A stretch of 63,708 bases of DNA, counting the filler, from Craspedostauros australis (Eukaryota), in NCBI GenBank assembly GCA_030167865.1. It is 12 parts of 12 records of this genome, joined end to end, with 100 filler letters (N's around TTAATTAATTAA, not from the genome) between each part and the next. Parts side by side here need not be neighbours in the genome. Positions count along the whole stretch, not along the records: positions 32,852 to 38,179 come from JALAGF010002155.1; positions 38,280 to 42,012 come from JALAGF010002156.1; positions 42,113 to 43,695 come from JALAGF010002157.1; positions 43,796 to 45,580 come from JALAGF010002158.1; positions 45,681 to 48,735 come from JALAGF010002159.1; 7 more parts are not named here. One strand, written 5' to 3'. This document shows, piece by piece, positions 35,111-46,646 of this stretch. Position numbers and translations under genes: made by a program. Each line of letters begins with the position of its first letter. Position 1 is the stretch's first letter. The notes below the pieces were generated by a model, which saw nothing but the letters and a program-made list of their open reading frames with translations, was not told where the DNA came from and made no database searches.

Positions 35111-37872
35111 TTATCGCAGCAGTACATGCCCATCACAATTTTCCGTCCCATCATCCAACACAGCCTCACTTTCTGTGTTCGCCTTCATTGTGTGAGCATC
35201 ACACCACATCTGATGGTCCAGTTCCTCTTCTGCTCTCTGCAACTCCTCCTCTCTTCGTTCCTCCTGTGTTTCAGCTGGCGCATCGTGGGTCGCAACGATT
35301 GCAGATTCTGTTGGGTTGGTGTTGGTGTTGGTGTTGGTGTTGGTGTTGGTGTTGGTGTTGGTTTCCGCCTTGATGAGGGCAGCCTGCTTCTTTTCCTTGC
35401 GTTGTTTGGCGTTGTACGCTGCCGACAGCGAAGCTTTGACGTGCATGGGGTTTGCGTGCAGTTGTACGTACCAGTCGGTTTTGGTCCTGTTGTCGTCCAT
35501 CAACTGCTCATGTGCTTCGTGTTCGGACGGTCTGTTTTTCGGGTCCTTCGCGGACGCTTCACTGATGCCCTTCAATTTGTCCGCGATGTAGTCCGGTAGT
35601 TTTGCGTTGATCCGTACGGTTTTGCTCGCCCAGCCTGGCACTGCGAGTGGTGGGTGTTCGGTTTCTGCGGTCTGGTCTTGCAACTCGGTGGTGTGATCAC
35701 ATGGCAGGTGTCGTTGTCCGTCTGCGATGGCTTTGCCGAATGCCAGAGCCTTGCTCTCTTCTGCTGTGCGCCCGAGTTTTCGCGTCTTGTCCGTCTTCCT
35801 GGACGATTCGGACGTGATCGGCAGCTTGTCGGACGTGTGCGAATCGGCAGGGACGACACCCAACTCATTGATGATCCAGCCATCCCATTCAGCGCTCTTC
35901 ACCACGACGTCTTCCGTGATACCAGATGCAGCCACCAACCGCGCCTGGTCATCATCATACTTCACCTCGTGAGTTTGACGTACCTGTTGTCCAGACGCGC
36001 GGAATCGCCGTTTTGGTGCTCCAGGCAACGTCGTGATGTTGCCTTGGAGGGACGACGCATTGGCAAGTACCGTGGTTGTCCCCGCGATGCTGCCGGCTTG
36101 GAGCGCGAGGAAGACTTGGAAAGGGGTCTTGATGTCCTTGCCACTTTGCACGTATTTTCGCAGTACACGGGTGATGTACGCGAAGTGGGTGTCCAGCATG
36201 CTCTTACCGGTTTGGGCCTCCGTGTAAATCCATGTGATGATTTTGGCCGCCTTTCGTGTCACAAGGTTCTTGTTGAGTTTGGACGTGATGAGCGCGATGT
36301 GCTCGTGACTGGCAAAGCAACACACGTTATCGCTCTGTAGGATAATTTCAGTCACGGATGGGTGAATGTCTTTGACCTTTTTTTGCACGATCTCCAGCAG
36401 TCCACCAACTTGAAGAGTGTCTTGTGTCGGTCTTCCGTCGACCACAATGTCGATGAACCGATAAGTAAAAATGTCATTGCGACATGTGATGACCATTGCC
36501 CCAAGAAGTGACATTCCCTTCTTCCCCCAATATTCTTGTTGGGCTTCGCCTTGGCCTGTCGGTAGATTTTTTTCTTATGGTCGAGTACCACATAGGCTCT
36601 TTCAGGCTTATCATTGAGCTCGGATTGATAAAAGGCGATTTGTTGGAATTGCACTTTGGCACGCACTTTGTGAGCCATGTAATTAATGATTTCGTCGGAG
36701 AATCCCGGTGCTGCCGCAAGCATTGATTGCAATTCGTCTTTGTGTTCTTTGAGTTCGTTGTCCTTAAGCATTTTGACAAAAGGAACAAAACGATCATTCA
36801 CAAATCGCATTGTTGATCCACAACGGTTGCATACTTTACGTGGTTGTTCGGTCGTGGTGGTGGGAGAAGTGTCATTTGTGACGGTTGGCGTGTCGCTTTT
36901 GAGAGTGTTCTTCTTGCGTTTGTGCTTGTTGGTGCGTGCTTTGCGTTGGTTGGTTGAGGTGGGGGGTGGCTTCTTCTTGTTCTTCTCCTTTCCAATGGTG
37001 AGTGCGAACACGGCGGAATGCATTGGATCCTCACTCTCAAGCTGCATGTGTGACGCAGTGAATTCCCATTTGACGAACACAACAAGCACTTCAAGCGCAT
37101 GCAAGAGGGAGTTTGCTGTGCGCACATGTGGCAAGATGACGTCATCAGGCCCATTGTTGTTGTGGTGGCTCTCGTCATTGGCATCCACAGTGGCATCGCT
37201 TTTCTCCTCTCCGCCTGCTTCATACTTAGCCTTCAGCAGCTCGACTAGGCGTGAAATTGCCTGTTTGAGTTTCTCCGTTGCCATCCAGAAGTAGCTTTCG
37301 AAGGAAGAGAGGCCTGTCTTGATCTTGCTTTTGCGTGTGAGTAGGTGGGCCATAGTGGTAAAAGCAGGCCTTCCCACTGGGTTGTTAGTTGTTGATGAGT
37401 ACATGCCGAATAATTCTTGGATGGTGGTGCTGCCGCGATCGAACACCGGGACATTTTCAAAATTGACACCGCCATACTGTACTGTGTGACTCAAACCTGC
37501 CTTGTATGTTGCAGTGGTCATGAGGAAAGACGTCACACCAGACAGGTCACAGGCAGGCACACGGTACTGAAGAACTCGCGGTGGGATGCTTTCGCCATGG
37601 CTCAACATGCCGTAGTAGCGTCGCAAGGTATCTGTCTGACTGCGTGTGATCATGTCACGTTTGGGAGGCATGCGCCCCTTCTGTTCCCCCGACAGTCCAT
37701 GCGCGTGCTTGCCCAAGATAGCAGTACACAGTGCATGGGGTGCAGACATGGCCAAAGCTGCTCTCACCGTGCGGGATCACGTAGTTTCTCCGAGCAAACC
37801 CAGGGTGTACAGATTGGGCACCAACATTGCAGGAGGAAGCTCCACGTTCCCGCGCACGTATGCAACCACCTG
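35111..37872 (-). mobile_element. Sola3-like DDD transposase, inactivated (stop at 37777-37779, frameshift near 36565, 5' end cut by LTR-A)
   Basis: HMQLESEDPMHSAVFAL..CNRC, then VVLDHKKKI / LPTGQGEAQQEYWGKKGMSLLG across the frameshift, LQSDNVCCF, YTEAQTGKSMLDTHFA. These match the Sola3 pattern D..K.LP..E.Q..GK.G.S, SDNA.CY, EAQ.GK..D. Confidence 0.7.
35315..35362 (-). repeat. (ACCAAC)n hexamer repeat encoding (TN)n in the transposase C-terminus
   Basis: Read directly as (GTTGGT)n on the + strand. Confidence 0.9.
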
Positions 37873-38179
37873 TGTTGGCAAGTTCCGCTCACGGTAACCT
37901 ACGATCGTGGAAGATGGTGTTGGTTGATAGTCGTCTGTTTGCTATTTCATTACGTTGGCTACTCCNATNCTCTNGGTGTNCGNNCGTTCTCTTGCCCGAT
38001 GCTCTCGGTGCTTCAATCTGTTTCGTAGATTCAGTCTCCGACTATGAGTCGGTACACGAGATGCTCTCTCGCTCTTCTCTGTATTCTCTCTCTCTCTCTC
38101 AACATCGTGTGCTCGTCGCGCACGATACTCCGTGTTCGATACGTACTCCGTATTCGACACTCCGTTCATTCAGTACTGG
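37873..38179. mobile_element. LTR family A copy (truncated by gap), inserted in the Sola3-like transposase
   Basis: Begins TGTTGGCAAGTTCCGCTCACGGTAACCTACG, matching the other copies. Confidence 0.85.
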
Positions 38180-38745
38180 NNNNNNNNNNNNNNNNNNNNN
38201 NNNNNNNNNNNNNNNNNNNNNNNTTAATTAATTAANNNNNNNNNNNNNNNNNNNNNNNNNNNNNNNNNNNNNNNNNNNNCCCTGGCATCAACACTCCAAG
38301 ACTGATGCGTTTTACTGTGCAGCTACGCCACGCAACAATCGCGAACGTGGTGCCCTGTGTCTGGGGCTGCAGGTCTGGGGTTCTTGTTCTTCAGATGAGG
38401 AGAAATCTCACTGGGAATCTCCTGAGTGAGACTTTGGGCCCCTCATGTGACAAATTTGTCATTCAACAATGACTTGACACAGTTGTAGGGATGTGACGAT
38501 TCTCTTCTTTTCGAAGTTTCGAACAACACTTCGAAAAGGTACCATGCCTTCGTGGTATCGACCGTAGTTGCAACATCAAGCATAGTATCTCATGAAGAAC
38601 CTATCGTTGTTGTGCGTGGGTTCGTGGCGTGTATCCGCACACCGTGGAGCGTTCAGTATCGTGGACTGCTCAGCATCGCGGAGCGTGGTGCCGTCTTCGG
38701 TGGAGTTCTCTCAGAGTCTCCGTGTTGATGAGCGTGGACGAAGGG

Positions 38746-38882
38746 TGTCAGGAATCGGGTGTTGTGAAACACCAAATTGCCGCACCTCCCAAGAGGGTGG
38801 AGTTGAGCGTTGTAAAATGTTATATTACCGCAGATCCCACCTTTGGATCTTTGTGACAGAAAATGTGAGCTACACGCTCCTT
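38746..38882. mobile_element. Partial LTR family B, cut by an LTR-A copy
   Basis: TGTCAGGAATCGGGTGTTGTGAAACACCAAATTGCCGCACCTCCC matches 29013 onward. Confidence 0.8.
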
Positions 38883-39691
38883 TGTTGGCAAATTCCGTGA
38901 TTGGAAGCCTACGATCGTGGAAGATGGTATTGGTTGATAGTCATTCGTTTGCTATTTCATGAAGTTGGCACTCCGATCCTCTCGGTGTCCGTTCGTTCTC
39001 TTGCCCGATGCTCTCGGTGCTTCAATCTGTTTCGTAGATTCGGTCTCCAACTATGAGTCGGTGTGCGAGATGCTCTCTCGCTGCTCTTCGTATTTTCTCT
39101 CTCTCTCTCTCAACATCGTGTGCTCATGCTACACGATACTCCGTGTTCGATGCGTACTCTGCATTTGACACTCCGTTCATTCAGTACTGGTTCCTACTCC
39201 ATGAGTACTTACCATTTGAAGTTCACCTTCTGTATCCATGATCTTGATCCCCTTCGGTCATCAGATCTTCACCTTCTGCTTCTGACATGGAGACAGATGT
39301 CGACATGGTGACACGATGACATCTTGTCGACATCAGTAAGCGTCCTTCTGCTCTCCAGATGTCACGTTCCATTGGTGATGCAGTGGTCTGTCAGATGATA
39401 TCGTCATCTGAGGTTTAGTTGGGAGGTACCTTGAGATTTGCTTCGTACCATACGTCTCCATTGATGGATGGACGGACGATATTTCCAATTCTCTCAGAAA
39501 TTGTTGATTGCAAATTTCCTCCAGAAATTCTGCTCATTTTCGTGTGTTCCATTTCCACTAATTCTGACGAATCACATCATACTATCGACACGAATGTAGT
39601 TGTACCGTCCAAGTGCGTATAAGAGAATAACGGGTGAACAATGCACATAAACACGTACATCTTGACATATACACGCATGTACATCTCGATA
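38883..39691. mobile_element. LTR family A copy, full length, no TSD
   Basis: TGTTGGCAAATTCCG...TACATCTCGATA; more diverged, with many apparent C>T/G>A changes. Confidence 0.85.
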
Positions 39692-39856
39692 TGACACGGC
39701 CATGTACTCGGATTCACCGCGCCCACATGTGAATGGAGTCAAGACGAACAGCATCGACGTACAGGTGTGCATTACAACGATTTGAAATCTTCTGCTTCAG
39801 TTCAAATATCGAAGCCGTAGCAGCCTCAGCTGAGCAATACAGGTGAACAAGCATTC

Positions 39857-39924
39857 TACCATACCATACCATACCATACCATACCATACCATACCATACC
39901 ATACCATACCATACCATACCATAC
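39857..39924. repeat. (ATACC)n pentanucleotide microsatellite, ~13 units
   Basis: Read directly. Confidence 0.95.
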
Positions 39925-40420
39925 TAGAACACGAACACAAGTGATAGAACACAGATGAAAATAGGTACTAACCTCAAATTGGGAGTGATCAAGTCCGTCA
40001 ATGAAGTAGAGTGAAGCTGTGTGATAGTGGTATTGTGCTCTGAGTGGTGAATTGATGTTGAGATGGTATGTATGCTGGCCCAATTCAGATCTGTTGAAGT
40101 CTGAATTGTGAGCAGATGAAGATAAAATGATGAAAAATGATGCTGAGGCAACATGTGTCACAACACACAGCAGAGCATGAAGTGCAGTGCATGAATTGCG
40201 GTGCATGAAGTGCAGAGCATGAAGATGTTGTCAAGTTTGCAAGACTGAGGAGGTTCATGGTGCCTCCAATACTGATCTTGCTTCTTGGAACAACAATGAT
40301 GCATGCAACAAATCCAATCATTGCAGAAATGCGATCTTGCCAAATTTGATGAGATTGATGAGCTTGTATCTGAGTCCAGATGCTCAGATACATTCACTCA
40401 ACAAGACAGTAGCCATGCCC

Positions 40421-40952
40421 TGTAATAGAGCTAAACTAGTAACCACCTTAGCGAGAGAGACTACGAATCATCCGACTCGTCAGCATTCCAGTAGATCGAA
40501 CGGACACNNNNNNNNACCCCACGTTTGGAGACAGATCCAGAACCTTGAAGCGGATCTTCGGAATTCGTGTCAGGGAACCAATGGGGTTCCGATAACCAAG
40601 TTTCTGACACCAGCCATCGCCAAAACGCCGACGCATGGAACCAAAGCCACAACAATGAGCATCATCGCCCATTGTCTCTCACAGAACCCAGACGACGGAT
40701 CTCGACCCATGGTACTTGGGCTACACAACCCACACGCATTGTCATACAGGACATCACAGGAGATCCCCCTCGAAGAGAAGAACCATAGCACTAATCTCAT
40801 AATCCGCACGTTTCTTCACCATCTACCAGTATTCTAAATTGACTACTTGTGGAACAGAAGACTCNNNTCCGGATCGCTTGCCAGTCAAGCCTCTGCCTAC
40901 AGCTAAAGAACAGCCAACAAGACAACAGCCATTACGTTTGGGCTCTATTACG
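40421..40952. mobile_element. ~530-bp element with imperfect terminal inverted repeats (possible solo LTR or MITE)
   Basis: Starts TGTAATAGAGCTAAAC and ends GTTTGGGCTCTATTACG; no TSD seen. Confidence 0.45.
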
Positions 40953-43795
40953 ACTCTTGAATGCCGTTTCGTACTGGGGTGGGACGTGATCGACAGCCAT
41001 CCTGGAATGCCAGAAGATATCCAGTGTTTGCGCCATCGTGATGGAATTCAGTGTCTGCAGAGTGTAGGATACTCCATCAGCAGTGCCATCCCCATTATCA
41101 TTGCCATTGACGCTACCTCCGTCGACTGTTCCGGTACCATCCAAATCGTCTGACCAGCCGGCACGAGGAGAGTTGGAGCACCATCCTTTGTCGTAACGGA
41201 TGGAAGACCGCCCGGAACGTCCATGATCTCAAAGAAAGGCGAACGTGCGAGATCCACCCCATTATGATTGATCTGCTGACGTGCGTACCACTGTTTGGGA
41301 TGATGAAAGCAGCTGGCCGCTGCGATATTTGCCTCCCAGTACGAATCCACGCCGTGTGCCTGCGACAGCGTCCGTCGCACTGCATTCACCAAAAGGAACG
41401 GAGCGCAGTCGTTGGCGTGGATCACGTGTGTGGATGTCTCCAAAGCATGGCTGGGCAATGGGTAACTGATGCTGCCTGATGACGATCTTTGCCTGAAGAC
41501 GATTCCTGCTTGATCCGTATCAATTGAGGTGCAACTGCAGGGTCCTGTTGTTCCGCATCCTGTTGCTTGCCAGTGTGGACGTCGACATCAGCATTGACAT
41601 CGACGCTGGACTCCCTCTCCCTCTCTCTTTTGTTGCTGTTGTCAGAATGCAAGGATACATGCAATACACCGGCGGTCAACCAAAAGAGAAGCAGTGCACA
41701 TTGGACGGATGAAGATGATCAGGCAAGGGCAGATTCATCCGCAGAGTGGTGCCGTGCTTGTGCGTACTCTACTTGTAGGAGGCGTCTGTGTGTCAAGAGT
41801 TGCACACACGGAATCTCGCTGCTCCAGAATGGAATGGATCCACAGATGCAACAGCGAAGCCGTACCGCCACCAAGAGAATGGCCAGTGATGACAAGCTTG
41901 CAGGTTGGGTGTTATGACCCACTTGAGTGAACGAAGGTGCAGTCGCGCCTAGTCGTGACTCAGATTTTCGTAAAATTTAAAATGACATATAAAAACATAA
42001 TCTAGACCACCGNNNNNNNNNNNNNNNNNNNNNNNNNNNNNNNNNNNNNNNNNNNNTTAATTAATTAANNNNNNNNNNNNNNNNNNNNNNNNNNNNNNNN
42101 NNNNNNNNNNNNTTCAGTCTCGAGGACGGTGACAACCTGGGGCAGAGGTGTGATTGTCGGCACCCCCAATCAGTCTGAGCACCAAAGTGACGAATTGATT
42201 GATGCTGGTTCAGTGGTTTCACACACACGTACCGCTTGTATTCGTTCGAAACATGGGCGCACAAAGGATGGCAAACGGTCACGGAGTTGGATGTGGTGTT
42301 GTGTTCAGAGTTGAAACGATGCCAATACTCGTGCAGGAGTCAGCCTATGAATCATCCAGTCGATTCGATGAATGCAACAAGCACCAAGTAACCCTGGTTC
42401 AGCCCAGGATGAAGATATTGCAGATCATCCGACAGGGATGGAACCTGCCGGTGAAGGTTATGGGCATCTCCATGAATGTTCCTGTGACTTTCGGAGGCAT
42501 TCTTCGCATTCATTGTGTTGTGCAATCAAGGTTGAACCATCGACCTCTCCCATCTCCCCCAACAACCACGGGCTGCCTCCATACGAGTACGTATGGTGCA
42601 ACTATTCGCCCATGGAGCAAACCTTCTCTGTCAGCATCGGTCTCTGCGTCTGTTTGTGCAAAAGGCGACACACAGAGGGCATACGTTCACAAACAGACAT
42701 ACCGTTGTCTGTCTGTATGTGGAAATGCGTGTGTGTTTGTGCCTGTCTGTTTACCTGTCAACCAACAGATTCATGATCGACAACGACTGTGCTTCACCCG
42801 AGTCGTCCCCGAAGTCTTCGCAAGCGCACGAGTAGTTCGTTTGAGTACGACTATGAAAACTGGCATCTACTGGTGTAAATGCGGATCATAGTATACCATG
42901 CTCTATCATGACCAATGCCCATAGAGTACTCGCATTCTGCTCATCCCGTTCTTGGCAATCCGCTGAAACCAATCATACCCAGAGGACGACTTGGTTGATC
43001 CAGGAAGATGCCCTCCACTTCTCGCCATGCCTGAGAGGGAAACAACACGAATGATCGCAAACCCTGTGCGATTGTGGCCTGCCCTGTGATCGCCTCCTCT
43101 GCTCGGGTCCTTGTCGAAGTTTCTTTTCCGCATTCCACATCAACACGACAGCACCTTTGGTCTGAGATCGTTCAAGTATTCGCAGTACCTGCGCACCGCC
43201 CGTTGCGCCTATAGCACTCTACTGACTTTCTCCTCTTTCTCTTTCTCACTCTGACTCATGGAAAGCAACATCTGATACTGTACCATACGACCCCATTCAG
43301 GATAGAAACGTACGTTTTTGCGGATTTTTAAGATAAGCACTTAGATCATCCTATTATGTTGCATAGAGTATATGAGTGAAGTTACAAGATCCTGGGCCTT
43401 ATAGTTAAAAAGTTTATATTTTTCGCATTAGTCTACGACTAGAAACGTTGAGCATGCGGACGTTGAGAGGCACATAGGGTTCGGAATCGCCAGTCGTGCT
43501 TCGGCTCGCTGTCCAGTCGTGTCCATCATCGGCGCTCTCGCATTTCGCACGGGTGAGACGGTTGGGTGCGAAGAAATGATGAGGATTGCGCAGTGGCGGC
43601 AGGCTTGCTGCGGCCGATGCTTCGTCTGGGCTGCCGATCAGGCATCGCAATCCAGAGTTGTGGGTTGGTGGGTAATCCAGATCTTGATGCCCAGCNNNNN
43701 NNNNNNNNNNNNNNNNNNNNNNNNNNNNNNNNNNNNNNNTTAATTAATTAANNNNNNNNNNNNNNNNNNNNNNNNNNNNNNNNNNNNNNNNNNNN

Positions 43796-45580
43796 CATAC
43801 ATCGCAGGAAGAGGATAAACGTACAGAACTAAATAGCCCACTGATTAACCGCTCCTTATCTATGGCTGCATTGACAACGCTTTTCTCCGCCTCCTTTTAA
43901 CTTCGCGTGGCATGCGAAGGGGGCACGGACTCGGGTCTGCTGCATTCCTTAATTTTGTGCTGGCGCCTGCGTTGACCGCCCCTGTGCGGTCCGGAAGCCA
44001 TTGGCCGCGGCCACCTTTATCCACTTGTACAATGTCCCACTAGCAACAGGGCACCTGTAGTATGGCTGCTGCCTGCTTCATCCATACCTCCAGACCTGGT
44101 GCGGGACCATGGCAGCCTGGATACATTGATTTGGCATGTCTGCGCGCGCTGTTGTCATGGCGTAGCTGTCCGAGGATGGCTTGCGAGCGCTCCTTCATGG
44201 CCAAAATCATGGCTCTTTCCGCGGAGGCTTGATTCATATGCATGTCTTCATTGCGCGAGAACCATTGATTCCATGCGATGCGCCATATTCTCTGTATAAC
44301 CTCTGGGGCCCATTTGGCATCCGATCGGCAGGACCCTTGTGACGCAAGGAAGAGCGCCTGCAGTTCCACCCACTTCGTGCTTAATAGTCCAAACTGTAGT
44401 ACCCGCGTCCCTGCTGCTAGCTGTTGTTGTGTGGGGTCCTTTATGTATGGCGCTTCGTCCGGGACCAGGAGGTATGTACTGCTGTCGGCTTGACTGCGTA
44501 GCAGAGATGTTACTGCCCTCGCCAGCCGCGGGTTGGTGGGGTACTTCAGCATCCATTTCCGCATGCCTTGCACTCCTTGTTGCGCGATTTGGCGCCGACT
44601 GTCGACCTTGCAGGTCCAAAAGTGTTCCGCAGTTTCTTCGTGGCCGCAGCTAGGGCACGTATCGGACAGCCAATGACCCCACTGGCGCATGCGCCTCCCA
44701 AATGCAGCCTCGCCCGCCACCAACTTAAAGTCAGCGTGTCCTTCGTTCGGTCCAGACCTCCAATTGCCCTACTCACCGTTGTCCACTCGATTTGCTTCGC
44801 ATCGCGTATCGCTTTCCTCTGCCGGAGTACGTTGAGATCGTCGCGGGCCAGACTTTCCTCCGCGATATGAGAATATCGCACAGAGGCTGTCTTGGTGCCC
44901 CACCTGAGGGACACCCCCTCTCCCGCTATGATCCCATCGTACGGCGCTTGGCCTTGCATGGTGCGCTGGTGCGCTCCCGCCAGTTTGTTGGCTTCCACAT
45001 TGAGCTGTGCCCACTCATCCAGATCTTCCCATGCCTTGCCATTGTCCTGATGCCCTTTGACATAGATGCCCACTACTTGCAATGGCAGTTGATTGAACTT
45101 TTTCCGCACTGCTCGTTGAAGATTGGCATCGGACTACCGTGGCAATAGCTGCCACTCCGGGTCTAGGGCTTTGAGAGCCCCGATGTTTTTGCATCTCATG
45201 GTGATCTTCCCTTCAAGTGCATTGTGAGCTGCGCACAGCACTGCAACAGTTGTCACCACGCTGTACAAACCTGCGAGTTCTGCTTGATGTGGCTGCATGA
45301 CGTCGCTGCCGCACGGCGCTTGACACACCATCCAGGCTTGCGCTGTCAACCCTTCATGCTCTCTGATCATGCCTGCCCCGGCCGCCCCGTTTCCCAGCGC
45401 AACCGACCATCACTGCACGCTCTGAGTTTGCCAGCCCTTGCCGCGTGAGCCAGAATTGACTCTGCTCCCATGAATGTGACTATCTCAGTCGCCCATGCCG
45501 CTGACTCTGGAAGGATTTGTATCCCCAAGGCTGCCAAGGTCGCCATCGTAGCTGCCAGCCTTGGACCTTCCTTTTCTGTC
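43796..45580 (-). mobile_element. Degenerate non-LTR retrotransposon 3' end (RNase H + CCHC), Ambal-like
   Basis: ACSDG, HQAELAGLY, YVKGHQD, LNVEANKLA (RNase H-like, degenerate), CPSCGHEETAEHFWTC knuckle, IWRIAWNQWFSRN; frameshifts and stops. Confidence 0.8.
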
Positions 45581-45680
45581 NNNNNNNNNNNNNNNNNNNN
45601 NNNNNNNNNNNNNNNNNNNNNNNNTTAATTAATTAANNNNNNNNNNNNNNNNNNNNNNNNNNNNNNNNNNNNNNNNNNNN

Positions 45681-46646
45681 GGAGGTCTGGACCGAACGAA
45701 GGACACGCTGACTTTAAGTTGGTGGCGGGCGAGGCTGCATTTGGGAGGCGCATGCGCCAGTGGGGTCATTGGCTGTCCGATACGTGCCCTAGCTGCGGCC
45801 ACGAAGAAACTGCGGAACACTTTTGGACCTGCAAGGTCGACAGTCGGCGCCAAATCGCGCAACAAGGAGTGCAAGGCATGCGGAAATGGATGCTGAAGTA
45901 CCCCACCAACCCGCGGCTGGCGAGGGCAGTAACATCTCTGCTACGCAGTCAAGCCGACAGCAGTACATACCTCCTGGTCCCGGACGAAGCGCCATACATA
46001 AAGGACCCCACACAACAACAGCTAGCAGCAGGGACGCGGGTACTACAGTTTGGACTATTAAGCACGAAGTGGGTGGAACTGCAGGCGCTCTTCCTTGCGT
46101 CACAAGGGTCCTGCCGATCGGATGCCAAATGGGCCCCAGAGGTTATACAGAGAATATGGCGCATCGCATGGAATCAATGGTTCTCGCGCAATGAAGACAT
46201 GCATATGAATCAAGCCTCCGCGGAAAGAGCCATGATTTTGGCCATGAAGGAGCGCTCGCAAGCCATCCTCGGACAGCTACGCCATGACAACAGCGCGCGC
46301 AGACATGCCAAATCAATGTATCCAGGCTGCCATGGTCCCGCACCAGGTCTGGAGGTATGGATGAAGCAGGCAGCAGCCATACTACAGGTGCCCTGTTGCT
46401 AGTGGGACATTGTACAAGTGGATAAAGGTGGCCGCGGCCAATGGCTTCCGGACCGCACAGGGGCGGTCAACGCAGGCGCCAGCACAAAATTAAGGAATGC
46501 AGCAGACCCGAGTCCGTGCCCCCTTCGCATGCCACGCGAAGTTAAAAGGAGGCGGAGAAAAGCGTTGTCAATGCAGCCATAGATAAGGAGCGGTTAATCA
46601 GTGGGCTATTTAGTTCTGTACGTTTATCCTCTTCCTGCGATGTATG
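45681..46646 (+). mobile_element. Same Ambal-like 3' end; reverse complement of 43796-44761
   Basis: Identical 227-aa ORF (45719-46402 vs 44723-44040) and identical flank where compared. Confidence 0.85.

Noticed and set aside
36560..36580. Programmed -1 ribosomal frameshift in the transposase
   Set aside because: The A-run is not a properly phased X XXY YYZ site, slippage would give KNLP rather than the expected KILP, and the gene has other lesions.
39857..39924. Telomeric repeat or CRISPR-like array
   Set aside because: A simple ATACC microsatellite, not TTAGGG-type; I saw no repeat-spacer arrays, rRNA or tRNA anywhere in the window.
40953..43250. Gene-like fragments (e.g. 41048-41458, 42199-42891)
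   Set aside because: Broken frames with no recognisable domain; possibly pseudogenes but not supportable.
43796..46646. Large inverted repeat or foldback element
   Set aside because: The arms appear identical and each abuts a gap; a mis-oriented overlapping contig is the simpler explanation.
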